A stretch of DNA of 63,322 nt, filler included, from Octopus bimaculoides (GCF_001194135.2; 5 parts of 5 records of this genome joined end to end with filler, not necessarily neighbours in it), one strand, 5' to 3'. Positions 13,677-29,129 are shown, counted from the first letter of the whole stretch. The notes: generated by a model not told the origin, from the letters alone. Numbers and translations: made by a program.

Positions 13677-15751
13677 TGAATGTATGTATGTATGTATGTA
13701 TGTATGTATGTATGTATGTGTCTGTGTCTGAAAATTTCTTTGAACAGGGCGACTTTGATAACCATTCAACGCTTGGGGTTTGTTGACATGTAAATTAGTT
13801 TAGATGTTTAAACATGACCGTGTTTATACATGTGTGTATGTGGTGGGGGAGTAAATTTACACCCATGTAGTAAGTCTGCATGCTACGTTTAACGCACAAG
13901 TAGCATTCTTTATTCCAACTTCTGTGTGTGTGTGTCTACGTGTGTTTATAATATTGGCACGCATGATTACTTGTGTGCTTATGCTCAACCAAGGAAACTC
14001 AGAAAGAGAATTCTTGAAATATTCTGCATATTTTCGCTGTACTATTAATCTATTTTATTTGTGGAAAGCGATTCATTTATCTTTGTTCTTTCTTGAAGAA
14101 CTCTAGAGATTCCTTGCACAACGTGGTGAAACGAATTTCGGTTGCAGTTGCACGAAGAATAAGAATTAACATCACAGATTTATTATGACAATTATCATAA
14201 TAATCACTTCCCTTCATATTTTTCGTATTATCCTTAACTTTACTTCTCTTACACTTAATTAACTAATTCTTGTTCCTCATTAAGAAACCTCAAGCTTATT
14301 GATTTTTAAATTATTTCATCGCTTTATTTATTCAGCATCTTCACTAAATTTATTATTTTATCAAATCATTAATTCACTAAATTATTAATTCGTTACACAC
14401 ATGCTTCCCCCTTTTTCCATATGTGGCAAACACATTTGCAATTCTTTGTGTCGTTGTGACCTAATGGCATCACTCTTGCTTTCCAGATTGTGCCTTCATC
14501 TCAGAGTGGGAGTCAACGTCGTAAGATAAAACATGTCTTTTATTTCAAAATCAATCATATTTACACTTATACTTAAAACTTTTCCATTTAGTGATTGAAT
14601 TTTTCAGTGATTGATTTTTTTTCTTTAAACTCATTTCAATACGCTAACCACCTACTTTCCGTGAAGTTCCTGTCTGATCATCTTCTTCGTGTTTTTCTAC
14701 TCTCCAAAGCCGTTGTCAACTGTCTTTGTTCACATTTTCCAACACCTCTATAATTTCTTCTTTATCACTCACCCTCACGTTTTTTCATGCTCCTCATTTT
14801 CTGTCACCCGTTCTGTTGTTTTAACACTGTTTAGATAAATAATATCATCTATTATCATCACACTTTTGGTATGTGGAATATTCGTTGATAGATTCAATCA
14901 AATAAATTCAATTAATGCAAAGCTTGAAATAGTAGTAATATCAAAACCCCACAGCATGTAATTGTAGAAACTCTATTAAATGCCAACTTAATGAAAACTA
15001 CGTTATCAATTACTTGGTATACTGTGTCAGGGTTGACTGAATAATGGTACCAGCCAAAAACATTTAACATATTCAAGACACGATTGTACTCGCAAAGACA
15101 TTCCTTTTCAACCGCCCCGCCAAATTAAATCTGCGGGATTTTTGAACTGTATTTCGATATTAATGAAAAATGTTGACATAAGTTTTATTTAAACGTGGTT
15201 TATCCGTGCTTTGGAATCTATTTCCGGAGCAGCATGATCACTGATGAACGAAGTTTGTTATCACCGTACGAAAGAAAATATTTTACAATTACTGGTGAAG
15301 AAAACCAACTTGAATTCGCGAAACGATATCTCGAATAAATGTTTTTTACAAATTGAAAAATTTGTATAATTTTCAATAGGCAGATCTATCATAAAGTTTC
15401 AGATGTCTTCCAATTTCATCGTTCTATCCTCTTTAACGATCTATTTACTGTTTCAATGTTTTTGCATTCGCGATTGTCAAATCGCAGATTTCATTACCGG
15501 ACCGAGTGGCGTTTTATATTCTTGAGCAAAACACTTTATTTACCGAAGCTCAAATACTATGTAGGGATCGGCATATCAAATATAGGCCCATCGTTTCCTC
15601 GCCGTATCGCAAGATGTTGAGATAGAATTTGTCCTACGACTTCATAAAACTTTCACCAGCAACGACTACTCGAACAGGCCCGTTGGCAGGAGGCTTGTCG
15701 CCTGAGTGGTGCAGAGCCGTCATTCAACAGAATTAGAAGAGAATTTCCAAC

Positions 15752-15846
15752 AACGACTACTACTGCTACTACTACTACTACTACTACTACTACTAGTACT
15801 ACTACTGCTGCTACTGCCGCTGCTGCTGCTACTGCACCTGCTGCTG

Positions 15847-15878
<32 letters not shown>

Positions 15879-15954
15879 GCTACTACTACTACTACTACTA
15901 CTACTACTGCTACTACTACTACTACTACTACTGCTACTACTACTACTACTACTG

Positions 15955-15989
<35 letters not shown>

Positions 15990-16030
15990 GCTACTGCTAC
16001 TGCTGCTGCTGCTGCTGCTACTACTACTAT
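15752..16030. repeat. (CTA)n/(CTG)n trinucleotide microsatellite
   Basis: Directly visible. Confidence 0.95.
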
Positions 16031-17003
16031 TTAGCAGGGTTGTGACCATCATACATGGCATAGTAAGTATCTACGATATTTTTCTCATTAACTCATTATA
16101 ACGCTTTCTCTTTTCTTTTCGTCTTCTTTTTAAACTAACATTCGTTCATTCTTTGTTACTTTTACTCTTTCTTTTTCTTTCTCTCTTTTTTCTTTCTTCC
16201 TTTGATGTTACATTAATTGAGTCCGAATGACATTCTCTGTTTGGCTGAAAATAGCTTCGGTTAATACGATTGATTTACATTGTAATTTTTTTTATATTTT
16301 TCAAGTATTTTAACACCCAAATAATTATCCTTTTTTTTTTTTTGCATGCAAATCAATATCATCATTATAGTTCGAATTTTCCTTTCCGCATACACCTCAT
16401 CAAATACTCGTTTTGAAATCATTTTCTGGATATTTCTTTTAACAGTTCTGAATTTCATTTTTTCAGATTTTGCTTTACAATCTGACTGAAGAAGCTCAGA
16501 GTTATGAAATTTGAATTCTCAGCTCAGCAGACGTAATTTGATCCTTTACTGCTATCAAGCGCTCACAGTCTTTCTCTTCGTCTACCCCGAAGTCTTTCAT
16601 TCAGGTACTGAACGCGCACACACACACACAAACACACACACACGCATACATATATAAATATACATGCATGTATACAGACATGTACATATATGCATAATAT
16701 ATATATATATATATATANNNNNNNNNNNNNNNNNNNNNNNNNNNNNNNNNNNNNNNNNNNNNNNNNNNNNNNNNNNNNNNNNNNNNNNNNNNNNNNNNNN
16801 NNNNNNNNNNNNNNNNNNNNNNNNNNNNNNNNNNNNNNNNNNNNNNNNNNNNNNNNNNNNNNNNNNNNNNNNNNNNNNNNNNNNNNNNNNNNNNNNNNNN
16901 NNNNNNNNNNNNNNNNNNNNNNNNNNNNNNNNNNNNNNNNNNNNNNNNNNNNNNNNNNNNNNNNNNNNNNNNNNNNNNNNNNNNNNAGAGAGAGAGAGAG
17001 AGT

Positions 17004-17041
<38 letters not shown>

Positions 17042-17652
17042 GAGATAGATGGGGACAGAGGGAGCGAGAAGATGGATTACAATTCTAATTCTATCAAATG
17101 AGTTGCACTAAAATGACTTTACACAACCAGATGTCACAAAAGAAGGCGTGTATGTAAGACACCACAAAGCGGGATGAAACAGGGAGCTATACGGTAGAAG
17201 AGTGGACTTCTTAAAATCGCAGCTGTGAATGTAAATGTATGTCTTTTGTCGTGTGTATATGCGTGTATACTGTATGTGCGTGTGTAGATAGACCGATAGA
17301 TAGACCGATAGATAGATAAGTACATATACATATATATACATATATATACATACATATATATACATATATATATATGCATAACGAAAGAATATGTAGAATA
17401 TATACAAGGCCACATAGAACTATACGTACGAACAAATATACATGCACGAATGTATATGCGTGTGTGTGCGCGCGTGTATGTGTGTATAAATATATATGAA
17501 TATATTTTGTATATATTCATATACAGACATGCACACAGACACATATACACACGCAAATATATATAAATATGTACAATTTTATATGACCATGTGCGAGTGG
17601 GTTTCTGTCTGTGTTCATATATGTGTATATGTATACGTGTGTGAGTGAATAG

Positions 17653-17748
<96 letters not shown>

Positions 17749-18456
17749 CAGGAAGCCAAAGTAGTAATAATGAGGATCTTTTGAAATACGTGCACAATTT
17801 TTTTTCTTTTTTATGATAACTCATCAAACATAATTCAGATTTCCAACTGATCTCTTGTTTTCTTCTTAATGTTTTGTTTATTGATTTATACATATTGAAT
17901 TGGGAACGATTTTGTTAAGGATTGATTAGGATACAGTGAAATCAAGAGATGAAACAAAGTGTTCTGTAGAAAGTTTGACCCCATAAATCAAATACTTTTG
18001 TTACATCATGTGGCATTAAAGAAGATTAAACATTTGATGATTCATAATTCCGTACACACGTGCGTATATATATGTACGACTGCGCATATGCGTGTATATA
18101 TATATATATATATATACATATGCACATGCATGGGTATATATGTATATATGCATGTGTGAAAGTATATCTGTATATATGTATATATATTAAGAGAGATGCT
18201 CACATGCACATAAGTGTGCATACACACGCTCATACGCCCATATGCATCACATAGCACATGTCCACAATTTTACGAATAAATGCATGTGTATGTGACGATG
18301 CATGTCTAACTATGGGTATATGAAATTTTAACTATATATGCTAGTCACTCTCACTTTTCTCTCTATTCGCACACATATATAAAGCTACCGTTCTTTCTAT
18401 GATATTATATATAAACATATATGTATTCATCTATATATACGTGTGTGTGTACACAC

Positions 18457-18491
<35 letters not shown>

Positions 18492-18557
18492 AAACTTATA
18501 CATACATGTAATAAACATGTGTGTGCGTATATAGAGAACTGCTTATATAATTACAAT

Positions 18558-18590
<33 letters not shown>

Positions 18591-18740
18591 ATGTATTTAT
18601 ATATATATACATACACATATATATATATACATATGTATGCATGTATAAGTATGTATGTGCGTGTGTAAATATATATGCATATATATATATATATGTATCC
18701 ATCTATCTGTATGTATACATCTAGATAGATAGATAGATAG

Positions 18741-18775
<35 letters not shown>

Positions 18776-20109
18776 GATAGATATAATGTCGCAGACTCTT
18801 CTCAGTTTGCTATCCTGATAAAAGTGTACACATATACAAACTTGAAACCGTTTCTGTATATAATACCACTTGAACGCGAATTGATATTTGTGTCTGAGAG
18901 CGTATTAGATATAAAAACGAATTACAGTCAGATTATAACCTGATTTCTGCCTGCAAAGCAATATTGTAGTGGAGACTTATCATTTAGTTATATCTCTTTA
19001 TATCAAGGTTTTTCAGATATTTCAAATGAGTTCTTCAAAATCTATTTGGAACATTAAAATGTCTAAATCCATCAATAACGTTTCTAGCACACTCTACTCT
19101 CATTTTCATGAGAAAGTAATGCTGGAGTACCCCCCCCACACACACACACGAGCACATACACACACACACACGCACACACGCACACACATGTATGTTATAT
19201 ATATTATATATATATATGTATGTATATAAGTATATATGAATACACACACATATATATAATATTATATCATATGTGTGTGGTAACTAGACGTGTGTTCGTG
19301 TACGTGTACAATATATATGTTTATGCGTGTATGTATATATATATGTATATTTCTAAATATGTTTCTGTGTGTGCGTATATATATGTTTGCAGCATATCCA
19401 TTACAATTTGAAAAATGCAGGAAGCAAATTCAAAATAGGAGTATTTTGGAAAATATAAGCAAACTTAGTTCTATTAGAAACATCAAAACAATTCCCATTA
19501 TTAGTTGTCTATTTTTTCTGACGAAATCCATGAGGAAAATATGTTGTGCAATAATATTTTCTGTATCATTGCTTCGTTCTGCGAGTACGCATGTACTCCT
19601 TATAGTTGGTGGGAGAGTGGTGCTCCTCTATGGCAGATGTATAGAATGGACCCACGTTTGCAACTGATACATGTGCAATCAAATTTATAAATTATACAGT
19701 CATTAGTATTTTATTCTTGAGTATTCGTGTTTATGGTTCTTTATGAGAAATTCGTATTATTAATTTTACCGATTAAGTCTTACCGTATTATTAGTGATGT
19801 TGTGTAGTTTTCTACAATATGTTTTGTGTTCTGTTTTATTACATCTTTCATAGTGAGTTCAAGAGCCCGTAATTAGCACACAATATTTAACTCCTATAAT
19901 GTATACGTAGTTTTTCTAACACCATTAGAACACACACACCAACACACACGCACACACATACACACAAAATGAAAGAAAACACTCACCGATACTTTTTTCT
20001 GTTGTCCCAGGTCCTGGATGACAGTGGACTGCCTTACCACCTTGCAAACTTCAGCAAATCAAGTCCACTCCCGCACTTAATTTTAGGTTCGTACATATTC
20101 TGTGGGTCT

Positions 20110-20310
20110 CTTCTTGTGTGAAAGAGTTATGCCATATGGACATTAACGAACGCCAGTAATTACGTAGTGAGAAGCAAACACAAACACTGATCCACACATG
20201 CATAAACGTATGTATAAACATTCACATACGCTTATAACAGACTCCCATACAGTTTCAATCTTCTGAATTCATTCACAATGTATTGTTCAGGTCCGCGCCA
20301 TAATAAAAGT
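20110..20310 (-). mobile_element. Highly diverged SINE A-like relic
   Basis: Loose match CAGTTTC..ATTCACAA..GCCATAATAAAAG. Confidence 0.35.
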
Positions 20311-20582
20311 TATTGAACAAAATCGGATATAACTCGAATATTCACGTGGTCATGAAGCGATCTTCTTAACATCAGGATTAACCACATCGCCAAATCTTCT
20401 CATATATATTCACATTGTTGGTCAGAGGAAGATAAATGTTCGTTGTTGTTCTTATTTATTTTCTTCAGTTGGTCGACGACAGATCGATTGATTAAATCGA
20501 ATGAAATTTGGAACTATATCACTCCAATATTAATCAAAAACACATGTAAGCCTTGAATAAATGCATTAAATTCGTTATTTAT

Positions 20583-20679
20583 TATATAGATGTTTTCGAT
20601 CTAGTTTGGATCAAATTTGATTGCAAAGAATTCAAATTTGATGGCAACGAATTCAAACTAGATCGAAAACATCTATATA
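20583..20679. repeat. Hairpin with perfect 26-bp stem
   Basis: TATATAGATGTTTTCGATCTAGTTTG and its exact reverse complement, separated by a 45-nt loop. Confidence 0.9.
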
Positions 20680-21673
20680 TATGCTTACACACACACGCAC
20701 ACACGCACACAAACATACACACATAGACACACACTTTAGAAATGTATGAATGCATTTATGTAAGTATATATACGTGCGTGCGTGCACGTGTGTGTGTGTG
20801 TGCACTCACGCGTTAATGGTGCTTTAAGCATTACTCTAGTGCAAAGTGGTATAAATTTATAAATTTGAGCCAACATCATGAGAATTACTGAAATTTTATA
20901 AGATCCACTGAATATTTTTACGTTATCTCTTTGTGGACAAGAATAGCGAAATCTGCAAGGGAGTTTTCATCTTGACATTGATGTACCTTATTAACAGTTG
21001 GCCCACCATGTAATACTGTTATCAAAAACTTATGCAGTCACTACAAGTAACGGCATCGCAAAGTTGGATGAATTAATTTACATAAATAATACTTGGTAGC
21101 TAACTTGATTAATAAATTAATGACGCTTTAAGCTGTGCATGCCTTATTGTTAAAAATGTTCTATACAAAAACTTATACATTTTCACTAATACTGTGTGAG
21201 TAAATTACACTTAACTCCGTTTATCAGTCGTAATTAATCGTTGTTAATATAATTTTTCAATAGTTTGCCTTCGTAACGCGATACCCATTAATTTTCCTTC
21301 TGTACTTTTTGACATCATATTTTCCCCAATCTTTTTATGAGTTTAGATTACCCAACATCCTAGACAAATCACTTTCAATAAATTAATGAAATCAAAACTC
21401 TAAACGTTGAACATGTGCGGCCTCATGTTCAACAAGCGTCTCCCATGCACTGAGATATATTGCAAGTATATATGTTTCTAGAAAACGGAAATGTTGGGGT
21501 ATCATTTACGAATTTCGAACGTCGCGTCCGTTATAAACCGGTATAGCTGTGTTATCCATTACACCAAAGTAACATCGCAAATTTGAAGGCTCAAAATATA
21601 CACACGAGAGGGTGTTGAAATGTATCTGGCTTTAAGGGTATCACGAAAGGTCTGGTTCCGAGCTCATTTACAG

Positions 21674-21849
21674 CAGAGGACTCTAAATTGGTCCATGAGG
21701 CTAAACAAGGGGTTGATAAATGCCTGGAAACTGCACATGTACTTAATTATTGTTATTAATTTTTTATGTTCTTGTACATTTCTGGAGGTGAATGAGAGGT
21801 CAACGATTCCATGAAGGAGTCGATGGTCTAAAACGTTTGGGAACCCCTG
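21674..21849. mobile_element. hAT-type MITE, same family as 47229
   Basis: Shares GATAAATGC..TACTTAATTATT and TTCCATGAAGG..TCGATGGTC..GGAACCCCTG; the TSD is degenerate (5/8). Confidence 0.65.
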
Positions 21850-22679
21850 GTTAACAAGGCTTACAAAGACCTGAAAAACTGCTGCAATAAGTGTGTGAAA
21901 TATCTGGATGGAATACGTTGAATAAAATCATAATTAACTGATCCTCTAACATTTTCTTTTACTCAAAGCCAGGAATTTTTCAGTACCACTCTTTTATAGC
22001 TCAGAGCCGATCGCACACACGTAAGTAGATTTCATAGGCGGAAACTCAAAAACGCCTGTCGTGCGCGTGTGAACACACATACACATGTATATGTATGCGT
22101 ATAGATACACAGACCCCCTCCACACGCACACGCACGCACACACACACACACATACACACACACATATTTACATATAAAAGAAGGCATCACTCAGTTGTAC
22201 ATTGTATATTTGCGAAATGTGATTGGTCAATATGTGATAAAGGGATGTATTCTGGTTTTTCTATCAGGAATTTATTCAAAACAGAATGATAGACGATGGG
22301 AGTAGCAGTTTGTTGACACCATAATTGGCTAAAGTCAGGCTGGCACCCTCTTCTGTTGTTATTATAAAGGATTCCATTGATTTGGTTTTGGAAGATGGAA
22401 TGTGTGCGTGAACGTGTGAGTGTGCGAAGGAGAAGCTGTATTGATGAGTTGTGTTTGATATGTAGGGAATCTTCCGATAGAGGGAGAGAGAAAGAGACAA
22501 AGCGAGGGGGAAAGTGAGAGAGACGTGGAGGGATAAGGCGATGAATTTGTAGAATATGTTGCTGCAGTGCTGGTGTATGTATTAGCGGATGATGATGATA
22601 GAGAGAAAGAGAGAGAGAGAGAGAGAGGTAGATGTTTATAATTAAAGAGACGGAGGAAAAGAGTGAGAGATATATGTGT

Positions 22680-22723
<44 letters not shown>

Positions 22724-22729
22724 TTGATA

Positions 22730-22952
22730 TTTATTTCTTTATTGTCCACAGGGGGATAAACATAGAGGGGACAAACAAGGACACACAAAGGGATCAAGTC
22801 GATTACATCGACCCCAGTGCGTAACTAGTACTTATTTAATTGACCTCGAAAGGACGAAAGGCAAAGTCGAGCTCGGAGGAATTTGAACTCAGAACGTAGC
22901 GGCAGACGAAATACTGCTAATCATTTCGCCCGGCGTACTGACGATTCTGCCA
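22730..22952 (-). mobile_element. SINE family B (tail variant B1)
   Basis: Matches 46320-46536 along its length. Confidence 0.85.
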
Positions 22953-24719
22953 TTATAGACAGATGGTATTAAGGAAGATCTATAATGAGGGGTGGGTAGA
23001 GAGATACAAAGGGAGAGGTGCAGTGAAAAACAGAGAGAGAGAAGAGGGAGAAGAAAGATGTCGCATAAACTAAGTTGGTGGCATTGGTTCTTGCTATTGT
23101 TGTTGTTGTTATTTTCTCTTAGTGAGTCCCATTCCAACTGTGTCTTTCCCCAAAGATCAGATTAGCTTATGTATCCTGGTATTCTAAGATGGTAGAGTGT
23201 GATTTGTAAAAAATAAATCTTGGCAATGTTTTACGTTTAGGTGATCTGACCAAGGATCATGGTGGGGCAGGGGTGTGATGAGGAGATTTGTTTATGTAAG
23301 ATAGAAAAATAGATAGACAGAAACAAATGAGAGGAAATGAAATGAAATAAAACAAAACGAAAAGTTGGTTAGATTATTTTTTATGGAGGAAGATTAAGAG
23401 AGAAATATAAGTGTATAAGAGGAGCCAGATGTCACGGGATAGAGAGAGACAGTGAGGGAGAGGTAACACATCGAGACAGAGAAAGAGAGGTTATACTATT
23501 AGAGAGAAAAGAGTGATTGATTGACAAAGTCAGAAAGAAAGCAAGACGTGTAAACAAAAAGGGCAGGAGTAAGTGAGAAAGGGAGTTACAGGAGGAAGTA
23601 TGGATAATTAAAAATGACTGGCAGAACAGAAGAGATAACTAAAAACATGGAAACATCATAATGTGCATGTATTCATACATATACCAACTTACACACAAGC
23701 CTACATACATATATGCGTTTACAAATCACAATCCCCCTATTTNNNNNNNNNNNNNNNNNNNNNNNNNNNNNNNNNNNNNNNNNNNNNNNNNNNNNNNNNN
23801 NNNNNNNNNNNNNNNNNNNNNNNNNNNNNNNNNNNNNNNNNNNNNNNNNNNNNNNNNNNNNNNNNNNNNNNNNNNNNNNNNNNNNNNNNNNNNNNNNNNN
23901 NNNNNNNNNNNNNNNNNNNNNNNNNNNNNNNNNNNNNNNNNNNNNNNNNNNNNNNNNNNNNNNNNNNNNNNNNNNNNNNNNNNNNNNNNNNNNNNNNNNN
24001 NNNNNNNNNNNNNNNNNNNNNNNNNNNNNNNNNNNNNNNNNNNNNNNNNNNNNNNNNNNNNNNNNNNNNNNNNNNNNNNNNNNNNNNNNNNNNNNNNNNN
24101 NNNNNNNNNNNNNNNNNNNNNNNNNNNNNNNNNNNNNNNNNNNNNNNNNNNNNNNNNNNNNNNNNNNNNNNNNNNNNNNNNNNNNNNNNNNNNNNNNNNN
24201 NNNNNNNNNNNNNNNNNNNNNNNNNNNNNNNNNNNNNNNNNNNNNNNNNNNNNNNNNNNNNNNNNNNNNNNNNNNNNNNNNNNNNNNNNNNNNNNNNNNN
24301 NNNNNNNNNNNNNNNNNNNNNNNNNNNNNNNNNNNNNNNNNNNNNNNNNNNNNNNNNNNNNNNNNNNNNNNNNNNNNNNNNNNNNNNNNNNNNNNNNNNN
24401 NNNCAGTATGTTGGAGAAGCAACTCAATTGCTAATCTCTGTATATTTATGATGATAAATAGTTTTACCGATAAAGGTTTTTTTCATACTGAACTACTTGG
24501 CAAAATTGTTAATTATTAATTCTATTATTAATTGACGATTCTCTGCCCTTATTCTTGTATATATATATATATATATAAACAATATAAGAGTATATGCATA
24601 TATATGTACATGTATGATTAGAGAGAAGTTAGGTAAGAGGGTAAACACTAAGATATAATAATTTTGATAAAGTGTGAGGTGAAACAAGTGAGAAGAAGTG
24701 GACAAATGAATGCATGAGC

Positions 24720-25010
24720 GTTTGGATAAGATGGTGGTGATAATAATGTCGACATTGAAACAGTATATGTTGATGAAAAGAGCAACAGCGATAATCAGGA
24801 TGATGAAAAGGACATCACTGATGATGATGATGATGATGATGCTCGTAAGAGTGATAGTGCGCAGACGACTTTGATGATAAGAACGATGTGACAGTGATAA
24901 GAATGCAAGGATATGATTACGCGGACATCATCTGTTGATAACGGTGATGATAGAGATTATGATGACGACGTCGAGGACGACGGAGATGACAAGAATGATA
25001 TCGATGCTGA
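24720..25010. repeat. Degenerate (GAT)n-derived low-complexity tract
   Basis: GAT/GAC-rich with many substitutions. Confidence 0.7.
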
Positions 25011-27352
25011 TGACAAGTATACAGATGCAAGAACAATATTTACGCTGATTAGCCACTAATACTGAACACAATGATTATTTTGGTGGCGAGGGTCGAAACG
25101 GTGGAGGTTTCTGACAAAAATAAATTAACAACAAATCCTAGAAACTATATTAATCTAAAAATGAAGAAGATATTAAAATACTTTATTAAGCTATTCATTT
25201 TCTTTCCTTTTTACTTTCTTTTTTATAGTCTACTTTGGCCGCTTTTAATCTGATGTATTCAGCTTTAGCCTTTGAAATTATCGAATCAGAAAGACGGTGA
25301 TAAAGTTTGCCATACAGCAATGTCATTCAATAAGCGATTTAGTGAATTTCTACCTCCATTTAGTGTATTATTGTCATGTCACACTGTCATTTTGGTTTAT
25401 CATGTTTAGTAAGTTGGCAATGAGAAATAATAGTTTATGTTTGAACTCTCCTTGCTATAAAAGAATGGGAAATGACAATGAGAATACCTTTCAGATAAGT
25501 GACATATTATTTCCTCTTATATTCTGGCTTCAATAACTGGAGAGTATGCTTTAGGGATGTGTGCGTGTAGATGGGAGAGGTATGAAAACTTCATTTGTTA
25601 GAAGATAGGAAAGTAAAAGTCGGTATCAGGTGGAGGAGTGTGAAAGGGGTGAAGAGAGTGTTAGAATAATATGAAATAGCTTTGGGAAAGGACTGAAGCT
25701 ACTTTTGAAAGATACCTTTGCTAGTATGTCAATGGTTTTATATGTGAACAAAGAGATATTAACTGACCATTGTCAGAAGGATATCAAATGGTGTATATAC
25801 TACACTTGATAAGAAGTTGTTGTCGTTATTGTAGTAGTTGTTTTGTTGTTGTATTGTAACGAAGTATTTCTAAATGCACCAGAGGTATTGTGGATCAACA
25901 CTACTTGCCAACAAAAGAAAAAAGAAAAAAAATTGCCAGTTATTCAATATTTCTGCCAACCGCAGCTATGAATCTTCTATACTTTATAACACTGGTAGCT
26001 TCATATAGCGGCAGTTTATGTCTTGTTCATGCCATATCTAGCAACAGGTGGCACAACAAATGAAGAACCAAGTACTCAGAAGAGCTTGTGTGGATGAAAG
26101 TAATAGTAATGATAGTGTTGTTATTATTAAATGGCAGACTTGTTCTTGCACCCACCAAAATTGCTTCCGAAGTATTCAAATAAACACATAAGAAGAGACA
26201 GTTGTAGGTTATATTAATTATTAAGATGACTAGCTTATCGGTTTAAGTCATGCCAGTGAATACACTCGGCCTTAATTTCATGACAATCACTCGCTTATTT
26301 CAGACGAAAGATTTAAAATATGTGTAGTCTGTATTATAGGTACTATTGAAGTAGATCTGGTTGCTGCATAGGGAAACATGAGTGACTGCTTATAATACTG
26401 GATTTTATAGTGATCCACTGCACCTCTTCTTGCGGGAATTATTGCAAAGGATGAAGAAGCTAAGTAATGATTTGCGAATAATACCGTAATAAAAACAAAA
26501 GAATAAAATATACCAGTATATCATGAAGAAAAGAAATTTCCCAAGTTCAAGGTAGACATGAGAAGAAATATATGACTCTAAGGTATATGAATTCATTACA
26601 AAAGAATATATTTTAAAATTGCCTTAAAAGACGATTTTGAAGTTTTACATCAAAACTACAACATTATGACTTGTCTTAGTTATATCTTCTTGGAGAGGTG
26701 AACATAAAACGGTGATGATAACGAGAACATTTATTAATATATGAATGTGTCTGTATGTCTGTCTATCTGTCGATTGATCTATCTATCATCGCTTCTATTC
26801 CCCCTCTCTCTCTCTCTCTCTCACTATCTCTCACACGACACATACTCACACATGCGTACAGATACACACGTTTACACACACATATGTACATAAACATGCT
26901 CACATACATAAATAAATGCAAATAATCGTACATACATATACATAACCTCATGCTATACCCGTATATACATACAAAATCCAACATATTCCCAAACATATAG
27001 AACCACTCCACCCTCATATACATGTATGAATATGCATATGTGTGCGTGTGTATATATAGGTATATATGTTGATACACAAACGTGTATACACAAACATGCA
27101 CACACGCGCGCGCAAATGAAGAAGGAAAATCATACAACTTAACGATAAATGTTACACTGAAGTAGGTAGTAACATAAATGATCTAGCGACCCTACGACAT
27201 ATAAGGATCAATCGTATAGGAACACATAGAAAAACAAAAGAAGGCTTTAGGCTTTTAAAAATAAAGCCGTTGGACACAAACTGTGATATCCAGATGTCCA
27301 AGGGTGAAGCAAAGATAAGAGTAAAATGTATATTTTGTATCTGTATATATGC

Positions 27353-27424
<72 letters not shown>

Positions 27425-27566
27425 GTGCGTGTGTGTGTAAATTAAATAATGAGGGTAGAAATTGATATTAATCAAATAAAACCAGTGGCTTAGCATATTT
27501 AAAAAATCTGAAGATTAAAATTTATTGCATACAAAATGAAGAGGAAGAGACCACCAAAGTGGACTC

Positions 27567-28355
27567 TTCGTCTGGCGAAAGCATCTCGTGTAGAGGCTTA
27601 GCGCCAAAAATAACATATATCAGTAACAATATATGTATCTATTTCTGTGCTTGTCTGTATGTGTGTGAACGTTCTTTTACATGTTATAATGGGTCAGATT
27701 AAATTTAAGAATTGTGGTATTGCTTTACATCCATGTATTTTTCATATGAATGACTTTTTGCTTTCAGTTGACGGTCTTTCTTTCACTCTCTTTCTTTCTT
27801 TCCTTCTCCATTCTCCCCACTCCCTTTATTTTTTTCTCTCATCCTCTCTCTTGTCCTCTTTGCCTTCTGCCTGTTGCTCACAAGTGACTAGAGACTATTT
27901 TTCTCGCCTCTCTCTATTTTCTGGATGGGACGGCCAGATAGCCGCACATCATTTCTCTCGCCTCTCGATAGATGTTTTCTTTGCTATTTATTCTATTTCC
28001 TTTCAGAAATTCTCTCAGGCGTTATCCATTACAATTCGTCCTGGCCTAACAACCCTAAACGTCTGTCTTCATCGATCGTTTACTTGTTTGTCCACTCTGG
28101 TGTCGTTTGTTTGTTCGAAGCCCTAACTTGCCACAAGTTTTATAACTTTAAAATTTCTGGATGCTGCTGTCTTAGGAAGTCTTCCTGTCATGGCGTTAAA
28201 AGTACAAAAAGGTAGTAATAAATAGTCGACAACTGAGGAGGAGTTAGACTTCTTTTGGTATTTTGTCCCGTACTTGTCTCTCGATGTGTGTGTAACGCGT
28301 TTTTCCCTCGTTGATGATGTCCTGTACTTAATGTGCATATTTTTATTTTTATTTT

Positions 28356-28390
<35 letters not shown>

Positions 28391-28947
28391 NNNNNNNNNN
28401 NNNNNNNNNNNNNNNNNNNNNNNNNNNNNNNNNNNNNNNNNNNNNNNNNNNNNNNNNNNNNNNNNNNNNNNNNNNNNNNNNNNNNNNNNNNNNNNNNNNN
28501 NNNNNNNNNNNNNNNNNNNNNNNNNNNNNNNNNNNNNNNNNNNNNNNNNNNNNNNNNNNNNNNNNNNNNNNNNNNNNNATATATACATGCCTACATACAG
28601 GCACATATGCGCACACTCAAACGCACAAATATATAGTCGGTATAAGCGATAGAATCAGTATTAGTTTAGAATAACAACCCGTATATCCTATTTAACGTGA
28701 ATATACTGTACAGAAGACGCAATACTACGTTATTCGTCTGGCGAAAGCATCTCGTATAGAGGCTTAGCGCCAAAAATAACATGTATATCAGCAACAATAT
28801 ATGTATGTACTTCTGTGCTTGTCTGTATGTATGTGAACGTTCTTTTACATGTTATAATGGGTCAGAGTAAATTTAATAATTGTGGTATTGCTTTACATCC
28901 ATGCACTTTTCATATCAATGACTTTTTGCTTTCAATTGACGGCCTTT
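27567..28947 (+). repeat. Pair of ~213-bp direct repeats (27567-27779 and 28733-28947), about 94% identical
   Basis: About 12 substitutions and one 2-nt indel by manual alignment. Confidence 0.9.
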
Positions 28948-29094
28948 TGATTTCACTCATCTTCGAAAACTCAAAGCTTGCGGATGATTTATTAATTGAG
29001 ACTGTCAATACACGTGTATTTCAGTGCTTTTAAATGCAGAACAGACACTGCAAGCATTCCACAGACACTTTTTTCCAAATGTACACAAACACAG

Positions 29095-29129
<35 letters not shown>

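Noticed and set aside
19981-20090. Exon-like segment with an acceptor on + and a GTGAGT donor on -
   Set aside because: The short peptides are unrecognisable on either strand, and the partner splice sites are weak.
26045-26062. CTCF-like motif GCAACAGGTGGCAC
   Set aside because: A single 12/14 motif match is expected by chance in 63 kb.
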